From assembly GCA_036170475.1 (NCBI GenBank), contig JAVHPE010000177.1, positions 119,527 through 183,526 of the forward strand: a stretch of DNA of 64,000 bases, in the 5' to 3' direction. Below the pieces are notes generated by a model. The model made no database searches, was not told the DNA's origin, and saw nothing but the letters and a program-made list of their open reading frames with translations. Source of the DNA: Bacteroidia bacterium. GTDB taxonomy: Bacteria; Bacteroidota; Bacteroidia; 2-12-FULL-35-15. The position numbers and the translations under genes were made by a program. Position 1 is the first letter of the stretch. Each line of letters opens with the position of its first letter. Positions 19,244 through 28,494 of this stretch are shown here, in pieces.

Positions 19244-21328
19244 ATGCCTAAGTCGGTAAAGGATAAAAAAAACTTCAAAAAAAACTCACATCTCCCGCCT
19301 GTCACATCCCGATTTTCTAAAGAATGGTATTTGCTTGGTGTTTTGATCATTACGCTTATCGCTTTCTTCCCTGCAATAAATAATGGTTTTACCAATTGGG
19401 ATGATGAAGGATATGTTTTAAAAAATTATTTGATCCAGGATTTATCCTTTGCCAATCTGAAAAATTTTTTCAGTGAAAATGTGCAATCGAATTTTCATCC
19501 ATTCACCATGTTGAGTTATGCGGTTGAATATCATTTTTTTCAGCTTAATCCAAAATCCTATCATATCACTAACATTATTTTACATCTGCTTAATGTAGCG
19601 CTGGTTTTTACTTTCATTTATCATTTGTTGAAAAACAAGGAAATAATGTTTGGTATAGAAAAAAAAAGTTCTTCTCTTTTACCTGTTAATTCTCAACTCC
19701 CACTAATAACAGCTACTATCACTTCCCTTCTTTTCGGAATTCATCCAATGCATGTTGAATCGGTAGCCTGGGTTTCGGAACGTAAGGATGTACTTTATGG
19801 ATTTTTCTTTTTAATTTCTCTTCTCTTTTATTTGCGTTATGCTACAAGAGAAAAAAATAAATCCTTGAATTATACTTTAGCCATCACTTTTTTTATTTGC
19901 TCCTTACTTTCCAAAGGCATGGCAGTTTCATTATCATTAGTGCTTTTTGCGATAGATTTTTTTCTACGGAGAAAGTTTTCGCTGAAACTTTTTATTGAAA
20001 AAATTCCATTTTTCCTGCTCTCTATTACATTCGGTATTATTGCAATATATTATCAGAAATCAACGGACGCAATTCAGGATCATACCTTGTTTGCCTACTA
20101 TGAACGAATTATATTTGCTTGTTATGGTACTATCATGTATTTGTTTAAACTGCTTATTCCACTTCACTTATCAACGTTTTATCCTTATCCGCTGTATGAA
20201 AATGGTTATCTACCAATTGCATTTTATCTTGCCCCTCTTGGAATTTTAGCGCTTGTTTTTTTCATTTATAAATATCTCAAGACTCCACATAAGCAAGAAC
20301 AAGATTCTATAGCAGACAGTGAAAATAAATCAGGTGTGTTGTTCGGCATCGCATTTTTTTTAGTTACCATCGTTTTTGTTTTGCAACTTCTGCCTGTTGG
20401 CAGCACCATCATCTCCGACCGATATACTTACATACCATACATAGGAATCTTTTTTATTGTAGGGCAATCTTTCGGCAGCTTTTATCTGTCAAAAAATCCT
20501 AAACAGACTTCTCTGAGAATAATTTTTTCATTGGTTCTTATTGCCTATTCACTCAGCATGGTTTTTGTAACCCGCACAAGGTGCATCGTCTGGAAGAACA
20601 GTTTTAACTTGTGGGAGAATGTAATCAAAAATTATCCTCAAGTTTCTGTTGCTCATACTAACCTTGGACTTGCTTATAAAAAATTGGGAGATAAAAGTGA
20701 CGAGCGTAAACTTTCTCATTATGATGAAGCGCTAAAAGAATACAACAAAGCCATTGAAGTGGATCCAAATTATAAAGATGCTTATGAAAACAGGGGTAAT
20801 TTGTTTTTCCTGACTCAGAAATACGATTTGGCAATGAAAGATTTGCAAAAGGCTTTGCATCTAAAATCCACATCATCCGTGGCTCATAACAGTTTGGGAG
20901 CAGTCTATTTCAGCATCGGGAAATATGACTCCGCTCTGGTACATTTTAACGAAGCGATAGAAAACGATCCTGTTCTCTCTGATGCTTATAAAAACAGGGC
21001 GAACACCTATAGCGTACTCTCCAGATTTTCGGAGGCAATTGTTGATTATAACCGATACATAAAATTTGAACCAAAGGATCCTCCCCCCTATTATTGGAGA
21101 GGACTCGCATTTCAGAATACAGGTAAATTGGATGAAGCCATCAGTGATTTTGACAATGCACTACAACTCGGATTTAACGCTGCGGATTTATATTTGAATC
21201 GTTCCAAAATTTATTTTGATAAAAAAAATTACAAACAAGCATTAGAAGATGTGCTGCAAGGGCAAACAATGGGAGTGAAAGTAGATGAAAATTACATTAA
21301 ACAGTTAAAAGAGGCAGCAAGCAACTAG
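19244..21328 (+). CDS. TMTC-like GT-C glycosyltransferase (putative protein O-mannosyltransferase) with C-terminal TPRs
   Basis: Loop-1 WDD motif, HPMHVESVAWVSERKD, LLSK, DRYTYIP, many TM segments, about 6-7 TPRs. Promoter TATATTTG at 19212-19219. Confidence 0.8.
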   Translation: MPKSVKDKKNFKKNSHLPPVTSRFSKEWYLLGVLIITLIAFFPAINNGFTNWDDEGYVLKNYLIQDLSFANLKNFFSENVQSNFHPFTMLSYAVEYHFFQLNPKSYHITNIILHLLNVALVFTFIYHLLKNKEIMFGIEKKSSSLLPVNSQLPLITATITSLLFGIHPMHVESVAWVSERKDVLYGFFFLISLLFYLRYATREKNKSLNYTLAITFFICSLLSKGMAVSLSLVLFAIDFFLRRKFSLKLFIEKIPFFLLSITFGIIAIYYQKSTDAIQDHTLFAYYERIIFACYGTIMYLFKLLIPLHLSTFYPYPLYENGYLPIAFYLAPLGILALVFFIYKYLKTPHKQEQDSIADSENKSGVLFGIAFFLVTIVFVLQLLPVGSTIISDRYTYIPYIGIFFIVGQSFGSFYLSKNPKQTSLRIIFSLVLIAYSLSMVFVTRTRCIVWKNSFNLWENVIKNYPQVSVAHTNLGLAYKKLGDKSDERKLSHYDEALKEYNKAIEVDPNYKDAYENRGNLFFLTQKYDLAMKDLQKALHLKSTSSVAHNSLGAVYFSIGKYDSALVHFNEAIENDPVLSDAYKNRANTYSVLSRFSEAIVDYNRYIKFEPKDPPPYYWRGLAFQNTGKLDEAISDFDNALQLGFNAADLYLNRSKIYFDKKNYKQALEDVLQGQTMGVKVDENYIKQLKEAASN

Positions 21329-21360
21329 CAAACCAAATATCACTAGATATAGCCAAGTCT

Positions 21361-21513
21361 AATTAGTGTCTGTCCATAGAGTCGAGAGTCTGAACTATAA
21401 TGTTCGAGTTCGAGGCTTTCGTAGTTTTGAAAATCAAGAGTTTACATTTGTAAATGACTGATTTTTAAAACAAGAATAACGAAGAAATCGGACATTATAG
21501 ACAGACTCTAATT
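21361..21513. mobile_element. MITE-like element family B (~150 bp)
   Basis: Ends aattagtgtctgtccata / tatagacagactctaatt (16/18 inverted), TA-flanked. Nested inner inverted arms agagtctg..ctataatgttcga / tcggacattatagacagactct. Confidence 0.75.
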
Positions 21514-21595
21514 AATAAAATTGGTGTAGATAAAGTACCAGGAATAACATTAAATGATATTTTTGTAAATTTGTCGTTTAACCAAATTTGTAATT

Positions 21596-22330
21596 ATGTT
21601 AAAATACGCATTAGTAACCGGTGGCTCGCGTGGAATAGGGAAAGCTATTTGTTTAGAATTAGCTGATATGGGTTACAATATTTTAGTGAATTACCAATCC
21701 AATCAGGAAGAGGCTGACAAAACACTCGAACTAATTAAAAATAAAGGTGTTGAAGCGGAGCTGATGAAATTTGATGTGTCAATACTGATGGAGGTAGAAG
21801 AGTCACTGGGTAAATGGATGGAAAACAACAAAGCGACAAAAGTTTTGGAAGTGTTAGTTAACAATGCAGGAATCCGAAAGGATAACCTGATGATGTGGAT
21901 GAGCGATAACGAATGGCATTCCGTTATGGATATAGCGGTAGATGGTTTTTTTTATGTAACGCGAATGGTGGTCAAGGATATGTTGGTAAAAAAATACGGA
22001 CGTATCATTAGCATCGTTTCACTTTCAGGATTAAAAGGCTTACCTGGACAAACAAATTATTCTGCCTCGAAAGCAGCTGTAATAGGTGCCACAAAGGCAT
22101 TATCGCAAGAGGTGGGGCGTAGAGGAATAACCGTGAATGCGGTAGCTCCTGGTTTTATAAAAACGGATATGACACAGGACTTAAATGAAAAAGATTTTAA
22201 AGCATTAATACCAATGTCACGTTTTGGCGAACCACAAGAGGTAGCGGATGTTGTTGGTTGGCTGGCTTCAAAAAAATCATCTTATGTTACAGGGCAGGTT
22301 ATTTCAGTTAATGGAGGTTTGTACTCATAA
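21596..22330 (+). CDS. fabG: 3-oxoacyl-ACP reductase (aryl-polyene/flexirubin-cluster type)
   Basis: TGGSRGIG, VNNAG, YSASK, NAVAPGFI. Promoter TAAATTTG at 21566-21573. Confidence 0.9.
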   Translation: MLKYALVTGGSRGIGKAICLELADMGYNILVNYQSNQEEADKTLELIKNKGVEAELMKFDVSILMEVEESLGKWMENNKATKVLEVLVNNAGIRKDNLMMWMSDNEWHSVMDIAVDGFFYVTRMVVKDMLVKKYGRIISIVSLSGLKGLPGQTNYSASKAAVIGATKALSQEVGRRGITVNAVAPGFIKTDMTQDLNEKDFKALIPMSRFGEPQEVADVVGWLASKKSSYVTGQVISVNGGLYS

Positions 22331-22334
22331 TAAA

Positions 22335-22388
22335 TTAGATGTTGGATATTAGATTTTGGACGTCTTACATCTAATATCCAACATCTAA
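22335..22388. repeat. Perfect 20-bp inverted repeat built from heptamer units
   Basis: ttagatgttggatattagat (22335-22354) / atctaatatccaacatctaa (22369-22388), 14-nt loop. Confidence 0.9.
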
Positions 22389-22402
22389 ATACTAAAAATA
22401 AA

Positions 22403-23623
22403 ATGAGAAGAGTTGTTATAACTGGTATGGGCATTTGGTCGTGTTTAGGTAGTAATCTGGATGCTGTCAGGGACTCTTTATTTCAAGGGAAATCAGGCAT
22501 TGTTCTGGATCCTGAACGAAAATCTTTTGGGTATCGTTCAGGTTTAACGGGCAAGGTTGAAACACCCCAGTTAAAAGGATTATTGGATCGACGTGCAAGA
22601 ATACAACTTTCACAAGAAGCTGAATATGCCTATCTTTCAACCCTTGAAGCTACCAAAAATGCAAGAATGGACATTGACTGGTTGAAAAAAAATGAAACAG
22701 GTATTTTATTCGGCAATGATAGTTCTGCAAAGGCTGTGATGGAAGCCATAGATATAGTAAGGTTAAAAAAAGACACGACATTAATTGGTTCGGGTTCAAT
22801 TTTTCAATCGATGAATTGTACTGTAACAATGAACCTTTCAACGATTTTTAAATTGAAAGGAATTAATTTTACGATTAGCGCCGCTTGTGCAAGCGGCTCC
22901 CATTCCATTGGGTTGGGCTATTTAATGATAAAATGGGGCTTGCAAAATCATATCATTTGTGGGGGAGCCCAAGAGGTAAACCCTTTTGCATTTGGCAGTT
23001 TTGATGGATTAAGTGTTTTCTCAATTCGTGAAAATGAACCCACAAAAGCGTCTCGCCCTTTTGATAAAGACAGGGACGGATTAATACCCAGCGGAGGTGC
23101 CGCTACTTTGATATTAGAAGATTATGAAACAGCGGTAAAACGCGGTGCGACTATTTTAGCGGAAGTTGTTGGTTATGGATTCTCTTCAAATGGCGAACAC
23201 ATTTCCAATTCAAGTATTGATGGACAGGTACGTTCATTGAGTATGGCATTAAAAGATGCGAATATAAGCGAACATGAAATTGATTATATTAATGCACATG
23301 CTACTTCAACATTAGGAGGAGACAGCACAGAAGCTATAGCTATTGATACTGTTTTTGGTAATTCCAAACCTTTAGTGAGTTCTACAAAATCTATGACCGG
23401 GCATGAATGCTGGATGGCAGGAGCCAGCGAAATTGTTTATTCTATACTGATGATGCAAAATGATTTTGTGGCTCCCAATATTAACTTTGAAAATCCTGAT
23501 GAAGCATCTGCTAAATTAAATATTGCAACAAAAACTACGGAGAAAAAAATTGATACTTTTTTGAGTAACTCTTTCGGATTTGGAGGAACAAATTCGACTT
23601 TAATAATTAAAAAAATAAAATAA
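22403..23623 (+). CDS. Beta-ketoacyl-ACP synthase (FabB/FabF family)
   Basis: RRVVITGMG, catalytic SAACASG, NAHATST, TGH, NSFGFGGTN. Confidence 0.92.
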   Translation: MRRVVITGMGIWSCLGSNLDAVRDSLFQGKSGIVLDPERKSFGYRSGLTGKVETPQLKGLLDRRARIQLSQEAEYAYLSTLEATKNARMDIDWLKKNETGILFGNDSSAKAVMEAIDIVRLKKDTTLIGSGSIFQSMNCTVTMNLSTIFKLKGINFTISAACASGSHSIGLGYLMIKWGLQNHIICGGAQEVNPFAFGSFDGLSVFSIRENEPTKASRPFDKDRDGLIPSGGAATLILEDYETAVKRGATILAEVVGYGFSSNGEHISNSSIDGQVRSLSMALKDANISEHEIDYINAHATSTLGGDSTEAIAIDTVFGNSKPLVSSTKSMTGHECWMAGASEIVYSILMMQNDFVAPNINFENPDEASAKLNIATKTTEKKIDTFLSNSFGFGGTNSTLIIKKIK

Positions 23624-23637
23624 GCATAAAACCAGCT

Positions 23638-23895
23638 ATGACAAAAGAAGAAATTATTTCTACAGTAAAGGATTTTTTAGTGAAGGAATTTGAAGTTGAT
23701 CCTACCGTAATTTTACCTGAAGCAAACCTTCGCGCAACCCTCGACTTGGATAGTCTGGATTATGTCGATTTAGTAGTTGTTATCGAAAGCAACCTGGGTT
23801 TCAAAGTAGTTGGCGAAGATTTTGTTACTATTCATACGTTTCAGGATTTTTACGATTATTGCTATAACAAGGTAAATCAAAAAGAAATAGTTTAA
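23638..23895 (+). CDS. Acyl carrier protein
   Basis: 85 aa, acidic, LDSLD phosphopantetheinylation motif. Confidence 0.92.
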   Translation: MTKEEIISTVKDFLVKEFEVDPTVILPEANLRATLDLDSLDYVDLVVVIESNLGFKVVGEDFVTIHTFQDFYDYCYNKVNQKEIV

Positions 23896-23935
23896 ATAAT
23901 GGAGTAGGCAATTTAACAGTAGGCAATTAATAGTG

Positions 23936-24035
23936 TCCCTCTTGCCCTTCTTCAGGAAATTGTTTCCGCTTCCCTCCTCCTATTGGAGAAGGAGCCCGAA
24001 GGGCGGATGAGGTAGAGAGGGATTAAGGGTGAGGT
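23936..24035. repeat. Nested GC-rich REP-like palindromes
   Basis: Outer tccctct...agagagggattaagggtgaggt encloses inner ttccctcctcctattggagaaggagcccgaagggcggatgaggt. Confidence 0.65.
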
Positions 24036-24042
24036 AATAACA

Positions 24043-24951
24043 ATGTCAAACAATAAAAAATGGGAAGGGAAAAATAAAGGAGGCGTTAAAGGGCAACAAT
24101 TTTTTGTTTTTATACTTAATTTTTTCGGGCTGCAAATCGCATATTTTTTTTTACGGTTTGTAGCTTTTTATTTTTTTATTACCGCTAAATCTACAAAAAC
24201 TTCTTTACAGTATTTCAGAGAAATACTTGGCTACAATAAGTGGAAAGCATATAGGGCTGCCTATCAGAATTATTACATATTCGGACAAACATTATTAGAC
24301 AAAGTCGCCTTGCTTTCAGGGTTGCGGAATAAATTCACTATCATACACGAAGGACATGACGAAAATTTAGTGTATCTGAAAAATAGGGGCAAAGGAAGTA
24401 TTTTGTTAAGTGCGCACATCGGAAATTGGGAAATAGCCGGACAAATGCTTGAAATATTGGAGACAAAATTTAATGTTTTAGTTTATGATAATGAAGCAGA
24501 AAAAATGAAGACATATATGGCTGAGGTAATGAAGAAAAAAAACTTTAATATCATCGCTATTAAAGATGGGGAAATGGGACATGTAGTCGAACTTCACAAA
24601 GCATTCAGTAATAACGAATGGGTGGTAATGCATGGCGATCGTTACCTGCCCGGCACCCCGACAATTGAAAAAATATTTATGGGTAAAAAAGCCAAATTCC
24701 CACGTGGACCTTTTGTGATGGCAGCAAAATTTGGAGTTCCGATAACTGTCGTTTTTGCTGTAAAGGAAAGCAATAAGCAGTATCATTTCTTTGCTAAAAA
24801 ACCTATAGAAGTGAAACGGGCACGTACAGAAAATGAGGTCGAAAAAACGGTTATGGAAATTTCAGATCAATACATTATAGAACTTGAAGAAATGCTGAAA
24901 AGATATCCTACTCAATGGTTTAATTTTTATGATTTCTGGGCGGAGAATTAA
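24043..24951 (+). CDS. LpxL/LPLAT-family acyltransferase (aryl-polyene/flexirubin-cluster type)
   Basis: FGQTLLDK, SAHIGNWE, GDR, FMG..A.FP.GPF, YPTQWFNFYDFW. Confidence 0.88.
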   Translation: MSNNKKWEGKNKGGVKGQQFFVFILNFFGLQIAYFFLRFVAFYFFITAKSTKTSLQYFREILGYNKWKAYRAAYQNYYIFGQTLLDKVALLSGLRNKFTIIHEGHDENLVYLKNRGKGSILLSAHIGNWEIAGQMLEILETKFNVLVYDNEAEKMKTYMAEVMKKKNFNIIAIKDGEMGHVVELHKAFSNNEWVVMHGDRYLPGTPTIEKIFMGKKAKFPRGPFVMAAKFGVPITVVFAVKESNKQYHFFAKKPIEVKRARTENEVEKTVMEISDQYIIELEEMLKRYPTQWFNFYDFWAEN

Positions 24952-25019
24952 TTTAGATTACAATAACTTGCCCGCTCTTTGACGTTGCCTCTAAATATAA
25001 GACCAATTTCCTTGCCCAT

Positions 25020-25242
25020 GGGTGTACGACAAATATCCCTCAATATTAATATTCCACCCCATCTGGGTTATTCAATTGTGAAATGTCTCATTATATTATA
25101 ATCATTACATCCCTTCGGGATTTAAAGTATTTGATAAAAAGTATTTGATAAAAGCCCGAAGGGCTGTTATTATTATAAAATAAACAAAGATTGTCATTTT
25201 AAAACCCCGTAGGGGTGGTATTAGGAAATTTGTCGTACACCC
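25020..25242. mobile_element. MITE-like element family C, copy 1 (223 bp, 8-bp TSD)
   Basis: Perfect 15-bp TIR GGGTGTACGACAAAT. Direct repeat TTGCCCAT at 25012-25019 and 25243-25250. Cargo of four REP-like hairpins. Confidence 0.9.
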
Positions 25243-25299
25243 TTGCCCATTATTACTGTAAATTTCGTATAATTGCACCCAATCTAAAAACAGGTTCAA

Positions 25300-26388
25300 A
25301 TGAGTAAAGTAGCTTTAATTACTGGAATTACAGGTCAGGATGGCGCCTATTTAGCCGAACTATTACTGAACAAAGGGTACACCGTACATGGTCTCAAACG
25401 CAGAAGCTCTATGTTTAATACCGGGCGTATCGATCATCTGTATAAAGATCAACACGAAACAAAAGTAAAATTCTTCTTGCATTATGGCGATTTGACCGAC
25501 TCTACAAACATTATTCGCATTATACAAGAAACGCAGCCCGATGAAATATACAACCTTGCCGCACAGTCGCATGTAAAAGTTTCTTTCGACTCCCCTGAAT
25601 ATACCGCTAATGCGGATGCTATCGGACCATTACGCATTTTGGAAGCGATTCGCATTTTAAAACTGGAAAACAAAACACGCTTTTATCAAGCCTCTACATC
25701 CGAGATGTATGGAGATGTTCGGGAAATTCCACAAAAAGAAACAACGCCTTTTTATCCGCGCTCACCCTATGGTGTTGCAAAGGTTTATGGTTTTTGGATT
25801 ACTAAAAATTATCGTGAAGCATACAACATTTACGCCTGTAATGGAATTTTATTTAATCACGAAAGTCCAATACGTGGAGAAACATTTGTTACCCGAAAAA
25901 TTACAAGAGCCGTTGCTAAAATACATTTAAAATTACAGACTAAATTATTTCTTGGTAACCTCGATTCAGAGCGTGACTGGGGACACGCAAAAGATTATGT
26001 GGAAGGAATGTGGTTGATGATGCAACAAAAAACCGCTGATGATTACGTGTTAGCTACAGGAAAAAAAATAACCGTTCGTAAATTTGTTGAGTTGGCTTTC
26101 GCCGAAGTAGGAATTACCTTGAAATGGGAAGGCAAAGGGGTTGAAGAAAAAGGAATAAATATCGCAACCGGAAAAGTTACTGTCGAAATTGACCCCCGTT
26201 ATTTCCGCCCCACAGAAGTTGAATTATTAATTGGCGATGCGTCAAAAGCTAAAAAAGAATTAGGCTGGAAACCTAAATATACCTTAGAACAATTAGTAAA
26301 AGAGATGGTAAAGAGTGATGTGAAATTATTTGAAAGAGATAAATATTTATTGGAAGGCGGACATGCTGTAATGAATTTTCATGAGTAG
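25300..26388 (+). CDS. gmd: GDP-mannose 4,6-dehydratase
   Basis: [51 protein letters not shown]. Confidence 0.97.
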   Translation: MSKVALITGITGQDGAYLAELLLNKGYTVHGLKRRSSMFNTGRIDHLYKDQHETKVKFFLHYGDLTDSTNIIRIIQETQPDEIYNLAAQSHVKVSFDSPEYTANADAIGPLRILEAIRILKLENKTRFYQASTSEMYGDVREIPQKETTPFYPRSPYGVAKVYGFWITKNYREAYNIYACNGILFNHESPIRGETFVTRKITRAVAKIHLKLQTKLFLGNLDSERDWGHAKDYVEGMWLMMQQKTADDYVLATGKKITVRKFVELAFAEVGITLKWEGKGVEEKGINIATGKVTVEIDPRYFRPTEVELLIGDASKAKKELGWKPKYTLEQLVKEMVKSDVKLFERDKYLLEGGHAVMNFHE

Positions 26389-27331
26389 GATGGAGAAAAA
26401 CGAAAAAATATACGTTGCCGGACATCGGGGAATGGTAGGCTCTGCGATTATCAGAAGACTTCAAAAAGATGGCTTTACAAATATTATTACCCGCAGTTCA
26501 AAAGAATTGAATTTAATTAATCAGCAGGCTGTCGCTGATTTTTTTGCTTCGGAAAAACCAGCGTTCGTTTTTTTAGCTGCCGCTAAAGTTGGCGGTATTG
26601 TTGCCAATAATACCTATCGTGCGGAATTCATTTATGAGAATACCATGATCCAAAATAATATTATTCATCATTCCTATTTGAATAAAGTAAAAAAATTATT
26701 GTTTCTTGGCTCCTCTTGTATATACCCTAAAATGGCTCCACAGCCCTTGAAAGAAGAATATTTACTGACAGGTATTTTAGAACCGACCAACGAGCCTTAT
26801 GCCATCGCGAAGATTGCCGGAATAAAAATGTGTGATGCATACCGCAGTCAATATGGTTGTAATTTTATTTCGGTAATGCCTACTAATTTATATGGCCCCA
26901 ACGATAATTATGATTTGAATAATTCACATGTGCTCCCCGCCCTTATTCGCAAATTTCATACCGCTAAAACTCAAAAATTATCAAGTGTTGAAATATGGGG
27001 TACAGGGTTACCAATGCGTGAATTTTTACATGTTGATGATTTGGCTGACGCCTGCTTTTTTCTGATGCAAAATTACAATAAACCAGGTTTGATAAATATT
27101 GGCGTGGGTGAAGATATCACGATTAAAGACCTCGCTTTATTAGTAAAAAAGATTGTGAATTACAAAGGGGAATTACTGTTTGACACCACAAAACCAGACG
27201 GAACACCACGTAAATTAATGGATGTTAGTAAACTACATTCATTCGGCTGGAAACATAAAATCAATTTGGAAGAAGGTGTCACATCTGTTTATGAGGAAGC
27301 TCAGGCTTTTTTTAAAAGTAATATCAATTAG
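26381..27331 (+). CDS. fcl: GDP-L-fucose synthase
   Basis: [48 protein letters not shown]. Overlaps gmd by 8 bp. Confidence 0.96.
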   Translation: MSRMEKNEKIYVAGHRGMVGSAIIRRLQKDGFTNIITRSSKELNLINQQAVADFFASEKPAFVFLAAAKVGGIVANNTYRAEFIYENTMIQNNIIHHSYLNKVKKLLFLGSSCIYPKMAPQPLKEEYLLTGILEPTNEPYAIAKIAGIKMCDAYRSQYGCNFISVMPTNLYGPNDNYDLNNSHVLPALIRKFHTAKTQKLSSVEIWGTGLPMREFLHVDDLADACFFLMQNYNKPGLINIGVGEDITIKDLALLVKKIVNYKGELLFDTTKPDGTPRKLMDVSKLHSFGWKHKINLEEGVTSVYEEAQAFFKSNIN

Positions 27332-27439
27332 TGTTAAAACCTGAATTGCAACCTTTTAATATTCTTCATCGTCTACATTGCGGATTACAGAAAAAAAATT
27401 ATAATTCACATAGTTGTATTTTTTCTGCGAATGCGATGA

Positions 27440-27501
27440 ATTCCCTCTTGAAAAAGCGGCTGGAGGGGGGATTCCCCCTTGAAAAGGGGGTTAGGGGGAT
27501 T
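27440..27501. repeat. Tandem pair of REP-like palindromes
   Basis: attccctcttgaaaaagcggctggaggggggatt followed by attcccccttgaaaagggggttagggggatt. Confidence 0.7.
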
Positions 27502-27682
27502 AAAAACGTATTCCATTAATATAATTCGTAAATTTCCCCAACCCAACCCAACCCCCTCACATAATATAGGGATAAAAAAAATAGATGATAAAAATCAAAA
27601 ATAAAATAATATCTTTAGTTTTTAATTTTGGGGAAGCATTATAAAATAATCTTGTAAGTTTGACACTATTCAACCTGAAGAC

Positions 27683-28342
27683 ATGAAAAAAAGCGGTATT
27701 TTAAATATGAATAAAACTCAAAATTCCGGGTGGAGCACGCTGCTTCGCATTTCTCTTATTATTTTCTTTTCAGCGACTATTTTAAATATCCAAGCCCAAT
27801 GTCCAACAGTTAGTGCAATACCAATTTCTACCAACATCTGTTCAACTACCACCACATCTATTGAATTGAAAAGTGATGTGCCCGGCACAGCGTTTTCCTG
27901 GACTTCCGCTTCAAAAGATGTTGCAGGAGGAACCGACGGAACAGGCTTCATTATTGCTAACACATTGTCCGCGATGGAGTCCCTTACCGGTTCTGTTGTT
28001 TATACAATTACACCAACTGCAAATGGCTGTAAAGGAACTCCGGCAACTGTTACAATTAAGGTTAATCCTATCCCAACTGTTACTGCGATTCCAATATCAT
28101 CAACAATATCTTCAGGAACAGCTGCTTCAATTTCATTAACAAGTGATGTGGCAGAAACCGCATTTTCATGGACTGTATCACGATCTGGGGTAATTGGTGC
28201 CGCCGCTGGTTCCGGTTCGGGAATAAACCAAACGATATCAACAACTGCTAAAAATGGAAGCGCAACTTACCGGGTTACGCCTAATTTTAATGGGTGTGCA
28301 GGGAATTCAATAAATGTAAAGGTAATTGTTGTGAAGAAATAA
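27683..28342 (+). CDS. Small secreted protein with two PKD-like Ig domains and no T9SS CTD
   Basis: Signal peptide ending AQ; two units of L.SDV..TAFSWT....G...G.G..I..T......Y.(I/V)TP..NGC.G. Promoter TAAGTTTG at 27655-27662. Confidence 0.8.
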   Translation: MKKSGILNMNKTQNSGWSTLLRISLIIFFSATILNIQAQCPTVSAIPISTNICSTTTTSIELKSDVPGTAFSWTSASKDVAGGTDGTGFIIANTLSAMESLTGSVVYTITPTANGCKGTPATVTIKVNPIPTVTAIPISSTISSGTAASISLTSDVAETAFSWTVSRSGVIGAAAGSGSGINQTISTTAKNGSATYRVTPNFNGCAGNSINVKVIVVKK

Positions 28343-28494
28343 TGAGAAAAAAATAGTTCTTTTTTCGGGGGAACAGCTTTAATTTCAGAGAATTGTAAAT
28401 AGAATAAAAATAATTTAGTACTTTTAATATTCTTTTGTAGAATTCATCATTTTAGGACACATAATGAAACACTTTACAATCTTAAACTAAAAAC

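Noticed and set aside
25105-25299. 64-aa minus-strand ORF (and 27331-27519 on the plus strand)
   Set aside because: Both read through REP/MITE sequence (PPLRG, FPLEKGVRGI) and are repeat-derived shadow ORFs.
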